A DNA stretch of 64,000 nucleotides from Paludibacteraceae bacterium (GCA_963631545.1 CAVGRN010000005.1:2425-66424), one strand, 5' to 3'. Positions 17,769 through 29,051 are shown, numbered from the stretch's first letter. Notes: a model not told the origin generated them from the letters alone. Numbers and translations are program-made.

Positions 17769-20291
17769 TTAGTCTTTGAAATCACACAGTATTTTCTTGT
17801 TCTCTTTGTCGAAGTCGATAGAGATGTTTTGACGTCCTTGTGCATCTTTGCCAGAGAGAAGCAGCTCTGCGATTTCGTCCTCTATATGCTTTTGGATGGA
17901 GCGTTTCAGCGGTCTCGCACCATATTGCACATCGTAGCCTTGCTCTGCGATATAATCTTTGGCCGCTTCCGACAATTGCAGATGATAGCCCATTTTCTCG
18001 ATGCGCTCGTAAAGCCCTTTCAACTCCAAATCGATAATCTTGAAAATGTCTTCCTTTTTCAATTGGTCGAACACAATCACATCGTCGATTCGGTTGAGAA
18101 ACTCTGGCGAAAACGTTTTGTTTAACGCCTTGAGGATGATGCTCTGCGAGAATTTCTTGTCGTCTGTGATCGCATTGGTGGCAAAACCGACACCCTTGCC
18201 GAAGTCCTTCAACTGCCGCGTGCCGGCGTTGGATGTCATAATGATGACGGTGTTCTTGAAATCCACCTGCCGACCTAAACTGTCGGTGAGTCTTCCTTCA
18301 TCTAAAACTTGAAGCAAAAGATTGAACACGTCGGCGTGAGCCTTTTCCAACTCGTCTAAAAGCACTATTGAGTAGGGTTTGCGCCTTACTCGCTCCGTGA
18401 GTTGTCCGCCTTCTTCGTAGCCGACGTATCCCGGAGGCGCTCCGATGAGGCGCGATACAGAGAATTTCTCCATGTATTCGCTCATATCTATGCGGATTAG
18501 TGCGTCGGAACTCCCGAACATCTCTTTTGCAAGCATCTTCGCAAGATAGGTCTTTCCAACTCCCGTAGGTCCTACGAAGACGAATGAGCCGATAGGACGG
18601 TTGGGGTCTTTCAGTCCTAATCTGTTTCGTTGAATTGATTTTACAATCTTCACCACCGCTTCGTCCTGACCGATGACTTTTCCAAGAAGTGCACCTTTCA
18701 GGTTGCGTAGTTTGTCATTTTCCTCCTGTCCCATATTTTGGATGGGAACGCCAGACATCATCGACACAACAGTCCGTATGGCCTCCTCGTCGACAGTTTT
18801 CAGGTCGTTTTTCAGACTCTCCTCCCACCGTTTTTGCTCTTCCTCAATTTCCGCCTCGATTTTTTTCTCTTGGTCGCGGAAGTCTGCCGCTTTTTCATAA
18901 TCTTGGTCGGCGACGGCTTGCTCTTTCTTCGCTTTTGCCTCTGTCTTCTGAACCTCCAACGATGAAATGACTGGTGGAAGTGAAGCAGTAGAGATATGTG
19001 TTCGTGCGCCGGCCTCGTCAAGAGCATCGATTGCCTTGTCGGGGAACGCACGGTCGGAAATGTATCTTTCGGTATATCTGACGCATGCTTGCAGAGCCTC
19101 GTCCGAGTAGGTTACGAAGTGGTGTTCCTCATACCTTTGTTTAATATTGCGTAGAATCTGCAAGGTCTCCTCTTGAGATGTTGGGTCTACGATTACTTTT
19201 TGGAAGCGACGTTCTAACGCACCGTCTTTCTCGATTTGTTCGCGATACTCGTTGAGTGTGGTTGCACCGATACATTGGATTTCGCCCCTTGCCAAAGCAG
19301 GTTTCAAAATGTTTGCGGCATCCAATGAGCCAGGTGTGGAGCCAGCCCCGACGATGGTGTGGATCTCATCAATGAAAAGAATGATGTCAGGGTTTTTCTT
19401 GAGCTCGGAGATGATGGATTTGATGCGTTCCTCGAACTGTCCGCGGTATTTTGTACCAGCCACCACGGATGCCATATCCAACGAGATGATTTTCTTGTTG
19501 AACAGCACGTGTGATACTTTTTTGTCAACGATGCGCTGCGCCAAGCCTTCTACGATGGCAGATTTTCCGACGCCAGGTTCACCGATTAGCACAGGGTTGT
19601 TTTTCTTCCTCCTGCTTAGGATCTGAGACACACGTTCGATTTCTTTCTCTCGCCCCACAACAGGGTCTAAGCCGCCGTTTTCCGCAACTTTTGTGAGGTT
19701 GGTGCCGTAGCTGTCAAGGAATGGGGTCGACGAACCCATTTTGTCGCTGCCAGGTTGCCCGACTCCCGTGTGGGAACGCCTGTTTTGGGGTTTCTCTTCT
19801 TCTTCCCTCGGATCGGTGTCATCCACAAAATTGGATTCTGGAAGCAGAATGTCCTCATCTGTTTTGCCCAACATATAGTTGCTGACTCTTTTGTATGTGA
19901 CGTTTTCGCTGTGTAGCATTTCTGCGGCTTTGTTAGAATCTTCTTTAAGGATGGCGAGGAGCAGATGCTCGGGTTCTTGCGTTGTGCTTTTGTATACGCG
20001 AGCCTCCAAAGTCATCAGTTTCAAGATTTTTTCTGCTGATTTTATCATAGGTATTTCCTTCGTAATGGGGAGATCCTGGTGCGTCAGGAGTGAATCGTCC
20101 AACGCCGATTTCAGCCGTTTGAAATCAACATTCAAGTTTTTCAGAATTTCAACGGCGAGTCCCTCCTCTTCGCGGAGGATTCCCAGCAAGAGGTGTTCTG
20201 GCCCGATATAGTTGTTCCCCAAGCGGAGAGCCTCCTCTCGGCTGAATGTCAGAACTTCACGTACTTTCTGCGAATAGCTTGTCGTATCCAT
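17769..20291 (-). CDS. clpC: ATP-dependent Clp protease ATP-binding subunit ClpC-type (class I AAA+ chaperone)
   Basis: Clp_N repeats, two Walker A sites (GEPGVGKSAIVEGLA and GPTGVGKTYLAKMLA) and a UVR-like linker (DQDYEKAADFRDQEKK). Start set at ATG 20291 (MDTTSYSQKVREVL), because a -7 box lies inside the longer ORF-track version. Confidence 0.93.
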   Translation of the reverse strand: MDTTSYSQKVREVLTFSREEALRLGNNYIGPEHLLLGILREEEGLAVEILKNLNVDFKRLKSALDDSLLTHQDLPITKEIPMIKSAEKILKLMTLEARVYKSTTQEPEHLLLAILKEDSNKAAEMLHSENVTYKRVSNYMLGKTDEDILLPESNFVDDTDPREEEEKPQNRRSHTGVGQPGSDKMGSSTPFLDSYGTNLTKVAENGGLDPVVGREKEIERVSQILSRRKKNNPVLIGEPGVGKSAIVEGLAQRIVDKKVSHVLFNKKIISLDMASVVAGTKYRGQFEERIKSIISELKKNPDIILFIDEIHTIVGAGSTPGSLDAANILKPALARGEIQCIGATTLNEYREQIEKDGALERRFQKVIVDPTSQEETLQILRNIKQRYEEHHFVTYSDEALQACVRYTERYISDRAFPDKAIDALDEAGARTHISTASLPPVISSLEVQKTEAKAKKEQAVADQDYEKAADFRDQEKKIEAEIEEEQKRWEESLKNDLKTVDEEAIRTVVSMMSGVPIQNMGQEENDKLRNLKGALLGKVIGQDEAVVKIVKSIQRNRLGLKDPNRPIGSFVFVGPTGVGKTYLAKMLAKEMFGSSDALIRIDMSEYMEKFSVSRLIGAPPGYVGYEEGGQLTERVRRKPYSIVLLDELEKAHADVFNLLLQVLDEGRLTDSLGRQVDFKNTVIIMTSNAGTRQLKDFGKGVGFATNAITDDKKFSQSIILKALNKTFSPEFLNRIDDVIVFDQLKKEDIFKIIDLELKGLYERIEKMGYHLQLSEAAKDYIAEQGYDVQYGARPLKRSIQKHIEDEIAELLLSGKDAQGRQNISIDFDKENKKILCDFKD

Positions 20292-20340
20292 AAATCGTTT
20301 TAATTTTACATTCTGGATTAGGCTATCTGTGCCTATTTTG

Positions 20341-20348
20341 CAAAAATA
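20341..20348 (-). promoter_or_regulatory. Candidate -7 box (TATTTTTG) for clpC
   Basis: The plus strand reads caaaaata, an exact TAnnTTTG on the minus strand, 50 nt upstream of ATG 20291. Confidence 0.4.
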
Positions 20349-20539
20349 TAACAAAAAAAGCCGTTAGAGGGCTAAATCGGCGTTGCAATTGCAGATTGTT
20401 GAAAACTAATTATTTTTTGTAATGTCGCGTTTATTTTGTAATTTTATGCGCTTAAAAATACCTTGCCTTGTGCATTGCCGATGTTGTGTCGGTAGGGGGT
20501 GTTTAAAGTTTAAAAAAAGAAAAAATATAAAAACATATA

Positions 20540-23080
20540 ATGGAGAATCAAGAAGAGAGTCAAGACAGGATTATCAAGGTTGATATCGATGAAGAGATGC
20601 GGTCGTCGTACATTGACTATTCAATGTCGGTGATTGTGTCGCGTGCGTTGCCTGATGTGCGGGATGGCTTTAAGCCTGTGCATCGCCGCGTTTTGTTCGC
20701 AATGAATGAGTTGGGATTGTTTTACAGTGGGTCAACCAAGAAATCGGCGAGAATCGTCGGCGAGGTGTTGGGTAAATACCACCCGCACGGAGATTCGTCT
20801 GTGTACGGAACTTTGGTGCGTTTAGCGCAAGACTGGGCGTTGCGATATCCCCTTGTTTTCGGACAGGGAAACTTCGGCTCTGTCGACGGCGACTCTGCTG
20901 CGGCAATGCGTTACACTGAGGCTAAACTGAGCCGCATCTCCGAAGATATTCTGGCAGATTTGGCGAAGGATACGGTTGATTTCCAAGACAATTTCGATGG
21001 AGAGCATAAGGAGCCTACCGTGCTACCAACCCGTATTCCGCAGCTGATAGTGAATGGCTCGTCGGGTATCGCCGTGGGTATGGCCACTAATATGGCACCT
21101 CACAATCTGTGTGATGCCATAGATGCCATCGTCGCATACGTTGAGAATAGAGAGGTGGACATAGAGGAACTGATTAAGTTAATCAAGGCACCGGATTTTC
21201 CAACAGGCGGTATCATTTTCGGATACGCCGGCGTGCGGGATTCTTATTTGACGGGACGCGGCAAAATCGTCATCCGTGCGAAATGTGAAATCGAAACAGA
21301 TGACAACAACGATAAAATCATTATCCGAGAGTTGCCTTACCAAGTAAATAGGAGTGAATTAATCACTTCTATCGCTGAAATGGTAACAAATAAGCGTATC
21401 GAGGGTATTTCCAACATCAATGATGAGTCAGACCACGAGGGTATGCGCGTGGTGATTGATTTGAAGCGCGATGCCAACAGCCAAGTGGTACTTAATAAGT
21501 TATATAAGTATTCCGCACTTCAATCATCTTTTAGCGTTAATAATATCGCTTTGGTGCATGGCCGTCCTAAGTTGTTTAACTTGAAGCAGCTGATTGCTGA
21601 GTTTGTTGACCATCGTATGGAGGTTGTCATTCGCCGCACGAAGTTTGAGTTGCGCGAGGCCGAGAAACGCGCCCACATTGTGGAGGCTCTCATCGTGGCA
21701 GTGGACAACATTGACGAGGTAATCCAAATCATCCGTTCGTCTAAAACGGTGGATGAGTCGCGTACACGTTTGATGGCGCGTTTCAACTTTGACCTTGAAC
21801 AGGCGAAGGCGATTGTCGAGATGCGCCTCCGTCAGTTGACGGGGTTGGCTATCGACGAGCTTCGCAAAGAGTATGCAGACTTGATGGCGTTGATTAATCA
21901 TTTGAAGGCAATTTTGGCAAGCGAGGAGTTGCGGAACAACATCATCCGCGACGAGCTGCTTGAGGTGAAGAAGAAGTATGGCGACGAGCGACGCACGGAA
22001 ATTAAATTCTCTGCGGAGGAATTCAATCCAGAAGATTTCTATTCTGATGATGAAATGGTGCTTACCGTTTCGCACCTCGGCTATGTGAAGCGTACACCGC
22101 TCGCCGAGTTCCGCGCTCAGGCGAGAGGCGGAGTCGGGGCGAAGGGCAGCAGTGCAAGAGATGCTGATTTCATTGAATATATCTATTCTGCTTCGATGCA
22201 TGACACACTGATGTTCTTTACTCAAAAAGGCCGTTGCTATTGGCAAAAAGTGTACGAAATTCCTGAGGGTGCGAAAAACGCGAAAGGACGTGCCATTCAG
22301 AATTTGCTTAGCATCGAGTCGGACGATAAAATCAATGCATTGATTTGCGTAAAGACTTTGACCGACGAAGAGTACAATAAATCGCATAATATTGTGTTCT
22401 GTACGAAGAACGGTGTCATCAAGAAGACATCGCTGGAGGCATACTCGCGTCCTCGGCAGAATGGCGTGAACGCAATCCTTATTCGTGAAGACGACAGGGT
22501 GATAGACGTTTGCTTAACAGATGGAAAATCGGAGATTATCATTGCCAACAAGCATGGTCGTGCCATCCGTTTCAGCGAGGAGAAAGTGCGTACTATGGGG
22601 CGTGTTTCAACCGGAGTGAAGGCAATGACGTTAGACGGCGATGACGACGAGGTGGTTGGAATGATTGTGGTGGAAGATCCTGAAAAGGAAACCATTATGG
22701 TGGTGTCCGACCAAGGATACGGAAAACGATCTGACATTGAGGATTATCGTGTTACCAACCGTGGCGGTAAGGGTGTCAAAACATTGAACATTACCGACAA
22801 GACGGGGCAACTGATTGCCATCAAGAATGTTACTGACGAGAATGATTTGATGATCATCAATAAGTCTGGCATCACCATCCGTTTGAATGTATCGGATGTG
22901 CGTGTCATGGGGCGCGCTACGCAAGGCGTCCGCCTAATCAATTTGACGAAGAAGAATGATCAAATCGCCTCTGTTTGCAGAGTGCCTCACGACGATGAGG
23001 AGGAAGAGCAGACTGAGGATGGTGTTTCAGAGGATAACGAAGGTGCTGAAAATCAGACACCTTCCGAAAACAATGAGTGA
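20540..23080 (+). CDS. gyrA: DNA gyrase subunit A
   Basis: 846-aa ORF. Motifs: [12 protein letters not shown] (QRDR), [10 protein letters not shown] (active-site Tyr). C-terminal beta-pinwheel repeats and an acidic tail. Confidence 0.98.
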   Translation: MENQEESQDRIIKVDIDEEMRSSYIDYSMSVIVSRALPDVRDGFKPVHRRVLFAMNELGLFYSGSTKKSARIVGEVLGKYHPHGDSSVYGTLVRLAQDWALRYPLVFGQGNFGSVDGDSAAAMRYTEAKLSRISEDILADLAKDTVDFQDNFDGEHKEPTVLPTRIPQLIVNGSSGIAVGMATNMAPHNLCDAIDAIVAYVENREVDIEELIKLIKAPDFPTGGIIFGYAGVRDSYLTGRGKIVIRAKCEIETDDNNDKIIIRELPYQVNRSELITSIAEMVTNKRIEGISNINDESDHEGMRVVIDLKRDANSQVVLNKLYKYSALQSSFSVNNIALVHGRPKLFNLKQLIAEFVDHRMEVVIRRTKFELREAEKRAHIVEALIVAVDNIDEVIQIIRSSKTVDESRTRLMARFNFDLEQAKAIVEMRLRQLTGLAIDELRKEYADLMALINHLKAILASEELRNNIIRDELLEVKKKYGDERRTEIKFSAEEFNPEDFYSDDEMVLTVSHLGYVKRTPLAEFRAQARGGVGAKGSSARDADFIEYIYSASMHDTLMFFTQKGRCYWQKVYEIPEGAKNAKGRAIQNLLSIESDDKINALICVKTLTDEEYNKSHNIVFCTKNGVIKKTSLEAYSRPRQNGVNAILIREDDRVIDVCLTDGKSEIIIANKHGRAIRFSEEKVRTMGRVSTGVKAMTLDGDDDEVVGMIVVEDPEKETIMVVSDQGYGKRSDIEDYRVTNRGGKGVKTLNITDKTGQLIAIKNVTDENDLMIINKSGITIRLNVSDVRVMGRATQGVRLINLTKKNDQIASVCRVPHDDEEEEQTEDGVSEDNEGAENQTPSENNE

Positions 23081-23102
23081 AAAATTTTAAATACAAAATA
23101 AA

Positions 23103-24320
23103 ATGAAGAAAATCGCATTGACAATGTGCGCGATCGCTTTGGCGACGTGCGGTTTCGCCCAGAAGAAAAACGTGAGCGGAGCAGAGGGCAAATTGTATGA
23201 TCCAGTGGATTTGGCGGGTGCTAAAACGATGATTGAGCAAGCTATGGCAGATCCAACAACCGCCAACCAAGCAAAAACATACTGGGTTGCCGGCCAGGTT
23301 TACAACAAAATCTACGAGGATCAAGACACGAAGAGGCAGTTGAACCAACAGTATGACCAGAAGACGATTGACGAGGCTCTGCTGAAGTCGGTTGACGCCT
23401 ATAAAAAATCCTACGAGTTGGAGTTGCTCCCCGACGAGAAGGGTAAAATCAAGGCAAAATACCAGAAGCTTATTCCTGGTAAGTTGGAGAAATTTCCAAA
23501 CTATCTGGTGAACGCAGGTTTGGCTGAGTATAACGCCCAAGATTACAAGGCTGCGGTTTCTCTTTGGTCGAAGTACATTGATTTGGCAGACTTCTCGTTT
23601 ATGGCAAAGTCTAACCTCAAGGCAGATTCACTCTACAATGAGATTAAGTACTATACCATCAATGCTGCCAGCCAAACCACAGGGTTGGAGGATCTTTCCA
23701 TCAAATATATGGAAGATTTGAAGAACACCACTAAGTACGGACAGACAATGTACGAGTGGCTCTACGGCGCATACCAGAAGAAGGGAGACCAAACAAAGAT
23801 GGTTTCTGTGTTGAAAGAGGCTGTTAACAAGTATCCAAGCAATGCGTTCTTCATCGGTTCGTTGATTAACTACTACTTGGAGAACAAGAAGGATGCAGAG
23901 GCTGTGGCATACGTTGACGAGGCAATCGCCAAAGACCCTAAAAATCCTCAGTACTACTTGATTAAATCAAGATTGTTCCTTCAAAAAGAGGATTTTGATA
24001 AGTCTATCGAAACCGCAAAACAAGCCATTTCAATTGACGCAAATAATTTTGAGGCAAACTTCTACTGCGGTCTTTCTATCGTGAAAAAGGCTGAGAAGGC
24101 GTTGGACAAGGCCAATAACATCAAAGACAATGCAAAGTATAAGGCTGCCAAGAAGATGGCTACCGACCAGTTTGAAACTGCAATCCCTTATTTGGAGAAG
24201 GCTCGTTCCATCAATCCAAAGGATGCAAGCAACTTGAATATTCTGAAAACCTCCTACTATCGTATTGGCAATGGTGCGAAGTATTCTGAAATTGACAAGG
24301 AACTGAAGGCTATCCAATAA
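23103..24320 (+). CDS. TPR-repeat lipoprotein
   Basis: 405-aa ORF with a signal peptide and lipobox-like ALATCG. Helical-repeat composition throughout (repeated A..Y....Y pairs). It starts 22 nt after gyrA. Confidence 0.75.
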   Translation: MKKIALTMCAIALATCGFAQKKNVSGAEGKLYDPVDLAGAKTMIEQAMADPTTANQAKTYWVAGQVYNKIYEDQDTKRQLNQQYDQKTIDEALLKSVDAYKKSYELELLPDEKGKIKAKYQKLIPGKLEKFPNYLVNAGLAEYNAQDYKAAVSLWSKYIDLADFSFMAKSNLKADSLYNEIKYYTINAASQTTGLEDLSIKYMEDLKNTTKYGQTMYEWLYGAYQKKGDQTKMVSVLKEAVNKYPSNAFFIGSLINYYLENKKDAEAVAYVDEAIAKDPKNPQYYLIKSRLFLQKEDFDKSIETAKQAISIDANNFEANFYCGLSIVKKAEKALDKANNIKDNAKYKAAKKMATDQFETAIPYLEKARSINPKDASNLNILKTSYYRIGNGAKYSEIDKELKAIQ

Positions 24321-24337
24321 TATTTCCAGCAAAAAAA

Positions 24338-24381
24338 GCGGGATTCCTATTGAAAAAATAGGTTTCCCGTTTTTATTTTTT
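24338..24381 (+). terminator. Intrinsic terminator after the TPR gene
   Basis: The stem gcgggattcctat / ataggtttcccgt has a 2x2 internal mismatch and is followed by ttttatttttt. Confidence 0.6.
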
Positions 24382-24388
24382 ATATTTG
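24381..24388 (+). promoter_or_regulatory. Candidate -7 box (TATATTTG) for the GT2 gene
   Basis: Exact TAnnTTTG, 79 nt upstream of ATG 24467. No -33 partner at the canonical spacing. Confidence 0.3.
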
Positions 24389-24466
24389 TTCCGAGTAAGT
24401 CCTTAAAGTCTATTTCTGGTTGGAATGATTTTTCTGATTAAGAATTGAGATAAAACTATAACTGAG

Positions 24467-25270
24467 ATGAGTGTTACTGTTATTGTCATTGGCTATAATT
24501 CTTGGCATTACTTGCAAAAGAATTTCGCTTCCCTAAATTTTTTCAAGGATGGAGAGGCCGACATCTTATACATAGACAACGCCTCTACAGACGAGACCCG
24601 TACAGCCATTTCCTATTCTTACCCCAATGTGAAGATGATTGCTTGCGGTGTGAATAGGGGAGTGTCTGCCGCGCGAAACATCGGAATGGTCAACTCGTCC
24701 AATGATTATCTTTGGTTTCTCGATAGCGACACCGAGGTGAATGAGGAGGCTTTCCGCACTATGTTGGATTATATGGAGAAGCATGAGGATGTCGGTATTT
24801 GCAGTTGCCGACTAATGGGGGCGGACGGCAAACCACAAGCCAGTTGCAAGCATTTCCCGACGAAGCGTGGTGTGATAAAAAGCGGTTTGCACAATATGTT
24901 TAAGCGATTGGGGTGGAACATATTTCCTAATGCGTATAGCGAAACCATTTACAAAGTGGAGGGGACAGAACCTTTAGAGGTGGATTTCGTGATTGGCGCA
25001 TGTATGTTGGTGAGGCGGAAGGCGCAGTGCAAAGTGGGTTTCTTCGACGAACGCATTTTTTATGGTCCCGAGGATGCAGACTACTGCCGCCGTATGAAAA
25101 AGGCAAACTACAAAGTCGTGTGTCTGCCGTATGTTTCAATTTTCCATGACTATCAGCGCACCGTCAGTCAAAAATTCTTCTCTAAACTGACTATCAAACA
25201 GATAAAGGGTTTGAGCTACTATTTCAGCAAAGTGATGAAAGATAAGTTTGATGGTCGCAAAAACGTGTAA
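24467..25270 (+). CDS. Family 2 glycosyltransferase
   Basis: 267-aa ORF. Motifs VIVIGYNSWHYL, IDNASTDET and FLDSDTEV (DxD) indicate a GT-A fold. Confidence 0.85.
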   Translation: MSVTVIVIGYNSWHYLQKNFASLNFFKDGEADILYIDNASTDETRTAISYSYPNVKMIACGVNRGVSAARNIGMVNSSNDYLWFLDSDTEVNEEAFRTMLDYMEKHEDVGICSCRLMGADGKPQASCKHFPTKRGVIKSGLHNMFKRLGWNIFPNAYSETIYKVEGTEPLEVDFVIGACMLVRRKAQCKVGFFDERIFYGPEDADYCRRMKKANYKVVCLPYVSIFHDYQRTVSQKFFSKLTIKQIKGLSYYFSKVMKDKFDGRKNV

Positions 25271-25306
25271 CGCATAAATTTGGGGGTTGCCTTGGGTAGG
25301 TGATAA

Positions 25307-27127
25307 TTAAGTCGCAGGAGTTACAACCGTAGGGTTGACTCCACTTGAGTTCGCTGTACTGGTTGTTGTGTATCCATATTTTTCGCTGTTAATCAGCGTG
25401 ATAACCATTTCTTTCAATTCTTTCAAAAACTCCGCTGTTTGGAAAGAACCCTTTTCAATCATACGCAGTTTTTTCTCCCACTGTCCAGTTAGTTCGGCGG
25501 ATTTCAACAACTCGTTTTTTATGGTTGCTATGAGCTTGATGCCTGTTTCAGTGGCTTCGATGCTCTTTCCTTTTTTCCGCATGTAATCTCTTTTGTAGAG
25601 TGTCTCGATAATGTTAGCGCGTGTAGACGGTCTGCCGATGCCATTCTCTTTCAGTAGGTCGCGCAGTTCCTCGTTATCAATTTGTTTGCCGGCGGTTTCC
25701 ATAGCGCGCAGCAGGGTGGCTTCTGTGTAGGGTTTTGGCGGAGTGGTTTCCTTTTCGGTGAGCGATGGCGTGTGCGGACCATGTTCGCCTTGTGTGAAGA
25801 GTGGAAGTGTTTTCTCTTCGTCGCTTTTCTCTTCGGGAGATTCGTTGCCAAATACCGTCCTCCACCCAGGCTTAAGTATTTGTTTTCCTGAAACTTTGAA
25901 CCCAATTTTGTTTACAACGCCTTGCACTGTTGTGGTTGATGTTTCGCACACAGGGTAAAAATTGGCGATGAAGCGTCGAGCCACAAGGTCGAACACTTTA
26001 CTCTCGTCGGGTGTCAAGTTGATGGGGTTCACGCCTGTCGGGATGATAGCGTGGTGGTCTGTAACCTTTGAATTGTCAAAAACCTTTTTTGACTTCGGAA
26101 TTTTGCTTTGCAAGACTGGTGCGGTGAGGCTGGCGTAGCTCTTCAGTCCTTGCATAATGTTGCCTACCTTTGGGTAGATGTCTTCGCTGAGGAACGTCGT
26201 GTCTACGCGGGGATAGGTTGTAATTTTTTTCTCGTAGAGAGATTGAATGAGTTTGAGCGTATCTTCGGCGGAGAAGCCGAATTTTTTGTTGCAATCCACT
26301 TGTAATGAGGTGAGGTCGAACAATCTTGGAGCGAACTCCTTTCCCTCTTTGGCGGCAATGTCTGTAACCTCAAACTCTGAGTTCTTAACGGTTTCCAAAA
26401 AATTCTCACCTTCCTCTTTGGATGAAAATTTGCCTTTCACGGCCGAAAATGTGGTGTCGCGGTATACGGTTTTTAATTCCCAGTACTTTTCAGGTTTGAA
26501 GTCTCTTATTTCCAAGTGACGTTTCACCACCAATGCGAGGGTTGGGGTCTGCACCCTGCCGATAGAAAGCACTTGCTTGTTCTGCCCATAGCGGAGCGTG
26601 TAGACGCGTGTGGCATTCATACCCAACAGCCAATCGCCGATGGCACGCATCGCCCCAGCCTCGTAGAGCTTGTTGAAATCGCTTTGCGGACGCAGTTTGG
26701 CGAATCCCTCTTTTATGGACTCTTCCGTCAATGACGAGATCCAAAGTCTTTGCACGGGGCATTTGCATTGCGCCTTTTGCATCACCCAGCGTTGGATGAG
26801 TTCGCCCTCTTGGCCGGCATCACCGCAGTTGATGACGCTGTCCGCCTTTTTAATCAGTTCCTCAATGATGTGGAATTGTTTTTTCGACCCATCATTCTCA
26901 ATGAGTTTGATGCCGAAACGCGGCGGAATCATCGGGAGGTCTTGCAGCGTCCATCGCTTCCATTGGCTGTAATATTCGTGCGGCTCTTTGAGCGTGCAAA
27001 GATGACCGAACACCCACGTCACCTGGTATCCGTTCCCTTCAATATATCCCTCGCGTTTACTCCGGGCCCCCAACACATTGGCGATTTCCCTTGCAACACT
27101 TGGTTTCTCGGCTATGCAAACAATCAT
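25307..27127 (-). CDS. topB: Type IA DNA topoisomerase (topoisomerase III-like)
   Basis: 606-aa ORF. Toprim start MIVCIAEKPSVAREIA, DAGQEGELI, GRVQTPTLALVV, and the active-site Tyr region ITTYPRVDT. Confidence 0.9.
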   Translation of the reverse strand: MIVCIAEKPSVAREIANVLGARSKREGYIEGNGYQVTWVFGHLCTLKEPHEYYSQWKRWTLQDLPMIPPRFGIKLIENDGSKKQFHIIEELIKKADSVINCGDAGQEGELIQRWVMQKAQCKCPVQRLWISSLTEESIKEGFAKLRPQSDFNKLYEAGAMRAIGDWLLGMNATRVYTLRYGQNKQVLSIGRVQTPTLALVVKRHLEIRDFKPEKYWELKTVYRDTTFSAVKGKFSSKEEGENFLETVKNSEFEVTDIAAKEGKEFAPRLFDLTSLQVDCNKKFGFSAEDTLKLIQSLYEKKITTYPRVDTTFLSEDIYPKVGNIMQGLKSYASLTAPVLQSKIPKSKKVFDNSKVTDHHAIIPTGVNPINLTPDESKVFDLVARRFIANFYPVCETSTTTVQGVVNKIGFKVSGKQILKPGWRTVFGNESPEEKSDEEKTLPLFTQGEHGPHTPSLTEKETTPPKPYTEATLLRAMETAGKQIDNEELRDLLKENGIGRPSTRANIIETLYKRDYMRKKGKSIEATETGIKLIATIKNELLKSAELTGQWEKKLRMIEKGSFQTAEFLKELKEMVITLINSEKYGYTTTSTANSSGVNPTVVTPAT

Positions 27128-27298
27128 ATTGTCTTTTTGAATTGAGGTGCGAATTTACGAAATAAGTCGCTTATTGATGCATTTCCGTTTGGTGCGAATT
27201 TCGGAGGATGACAAAATTCTTAATCAGATGCACACCCGTTTATTGTCGGGTTCAGAAGATTTGCGTATAATTGCGCAAAAATCAATTTTAAAGAATCT

Positions 27299-28147
27299 AT
27301 GATGTCGAAAATAAGAAATTGGGCGTTTGCGGTGTTGGTTTCCGTTGCCCCATTAGCGTTATTTAACTCCTGTGACGAGGAAATCTTGTCTTCGTTGTCG
27401 AGTAGCGAAACGGTTGCAGCCTTGAAGGAGGCTTTGACGGTCGGCTCGCAGGTGGCAGCTTCGCAGTTGGGCGAGGAAGGTGGATATTTCAATGATTTGT
27501 CGGTGAAGATTGGTTTGCCCGAGGAGGTACAGGTGGTGCAGGAACTTTTGAGTACCGACCAAGGTAAGGCACTTCTCTCTTCCGCAGGTGCAAGCGATAT
27601 GCAGCCAGACAATCTAATACTGCTGATGAACCGTGCCGCAGAAAAAGCAGCGCCGCAATCCGCAGAAATTTTCGCCAATGCTATCACAGGTATGACGATT
27701 GCGGATGGCGAGAATATTCTTTTCGGAGCGGATAACGCTGCAACCGAGTACCTTCACGAGAAAACCTACAGCGGATTGCAATCCACTTTCGGTGAGGTGG
27801 TTACAAGTACTTTCGACGAGGTGTCTGTGGCTGATGTGACGCTCAATGACGCATGGGACGGATTTTCTAAGAATTATAATAAAATCGTATCGTACAAAAA
27901 CACGACTGCAGGCAAGGTCGCAATGGTTGCTTTGAAGGTTGCTATGAACAAGGCTGGAAAATCCGAAATATACGATAGGGTTAACAGCATGCAATCTGTC
28001 AATACCAATCTTGGCGAGTACGTTACAGGTAAGGCATTGGATGGACTGTTCTTGAAGGTGGCAAACAAGGAAGCCGACATCCGACAAAATGCTTCATCTC
28101 GCACATCCGACCTTTTGAAAAGGGTTTTCGGACGGCTGGATAAGTAA
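27299..28147 (+). CDS. DUF4197-family lipoprotein
   Basis: 282-aa ORF with lipobox LALFNSC. Motifs LKEALTVGS, GGYFND..VKIGLPEE, MNRAAEKAAP, GADNAATEYL, ALDGLFLKVA.KE..IR and DLLKRVFG match the DUF4197 pattern as I recall it. Confidence 0.8.
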   Translation: MMSKIRNWAFAVLVSVAPLALFNSCDEEILSSLSSSETVAALKEALTVGSQVAASQLGEEGGYFNDLSVKIGLPEEVQVVQELLSTDQGKALLSSAGASDMQPDNLILLMNRAAEKAAPQSAEIFANAITGMTIADGENILFGADNAATEYLHEKTYSGLQSTFGEVVTSTFDEVSVADVTLNDAWDGFSKNYNKIVSYKNTTAGKVAMVALKVAMNKAGKSEIYDRVNSMQSVNTNLGEYVTGKALDGLFLKVANKEADIRQNASSRTSDLLKRVFGRLDK

Positions 28148-28308
28148 TGTTTTGCAGAAAATAAGGGTGCGGGTGCGGATTTTTAACATTTTTTTGTAGA
28201 TTCGCACTCGTAATATTCATTCAGCCAAAACGATACGCCTTTGCTACGGCAAGGTGAGGAGTATTTCGGCGCAAAAATCGTGTTGGTCACGTTGACCGGT
28301 CTAAGTGT

Positions 28309-29016
28309 ATGGATAGTTTAAAAAACTTAAAACGTGAATACTTGGGGATAGAGGAAATTTCCGAGATCTGGCGTGTGCTGGATCCCGAACAGTTGGCTTA
28401 TCTCAACAAGCATTGCATAGTTCGCAGATTTAAGAAGGGCGAAATGGTCTACTGCGAAGGAGAAGAACCCACGCATGTGTTGTGCGTCGCTACTGGAAAA
28501 TTGAAGATTTTCCGAACAGGAATCGGTGGCAGAAGTCAAATCGTAAGGGTTGTGAAACCCGGCGAAATGCTTGCTTACCGTGCTATGTTTGCTATGGAGA
28601 ATTTCGTGACCAATGCTTGTGCGTTCGAGCCGGCAGACATTTATATGATTCCAAGGGCGGTAATCAAAGACTTGCTTCAACAAAATAGCCAACTCTCCTG
28701 GTATTTCATCAATAAGTTATCTGTCGATTTGGGAGTGGCAGACAAACGGGCTGTTTCGCTCACGCAAAAGCACGTCAGAGGGCGGTTGGCAGAGTCACTG
28801 CTCTTACTGCGCGACAATTTCGGCTTTGAAGAGGATGGTCAGACGCTTGCAGTGAGTCTTTCGCGTGAAGACATCGCCAGCCTTTCTAATATGACCACCG
28901 CCAACGCCATCCGCACGCTCTCGTGGATGGTTAGTGAAAACATTGTTCAGACAGAACGTAAAAAAATAAAAATCATAGATGAGGGTTACTTGCTGACTCT
29001 CAGCAGAAATGGCTGA
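28309..29016 (+). CDS. Crp/Fnr-family transcriptional regulator
   Basis: 235-aa ORF with a cNMP-binding beta-roll (FKKGEMVYCEGEEPTHVLCVATGKLKIF) and a C-terminal HTH (REDIASLSNMTTANAIRTLS). Confidence 0.88.
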   Translation: MDSLKNLKREYLGIEEISEIWRVLDPEQLAYLNKHCIVRRFKKGEMVYCEGEEPTHVLCVATGKLKIFRTGIGGRSQIVRVVKPGEMLAYRAMFAMENFVTNACAFEPADIYMIPRAVIKDLLQQNSQLSWYFINKLSVDLGVADKRAVSLTQKHVRGRLAESLLLLRDNFGFEEDGQTLAVSLSREDIASLSNMTTANAIRTLSWMVSENIVQTERKKIKIIDEGYLLTLSRNG

Positions 29017-29051
29017 TGGATGTTTCGTCCAAAAGCGGAATCAAATAAAAA

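Noticed and set aside
20292-20354. N-terminal extensions of clpC here (20354), and likewise of the M16 peptidase (14549), U32 (45343), ruvX (46261), trpB2 (31231), the A2M gene (32740) and the PagL-like gene (29903) as given by the ORF track
   Set aside because: The extensions overlap upstream genes, contain promoter boxes, use TTG starts, or precede the family-typical N-terminus. Shorter ATG starts were chosen.
20384-20393. Perfect 10-bp palindrome TGCAATTGCA in the clpC/gyrA divergent region as a possible operator
   Set aside because: Roughly 60 perfect 10-bp palindromes are expected by chance in 64 kb. It has no second copy and no known matching regulator motif.
21524-23540. Long antisense ORFs inside gyrA and the gyrA/TPR junction (287 aa, 146 aa, 97 aa, 200 aa)
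   Set aside because: These are shadow ORFs opposite a highly conserved gene. They have low-complexity, Leu/Arg/His-rich composition, with no start context or promoter.
27220-27687. 155-aa minus-strand ORF overlapping the DUF4197 gene start
   Set aside because: The plus-strand product has a lipobox and family-typical motifs. The minus ORF is Ala/Ser-rich with no recognisable features.
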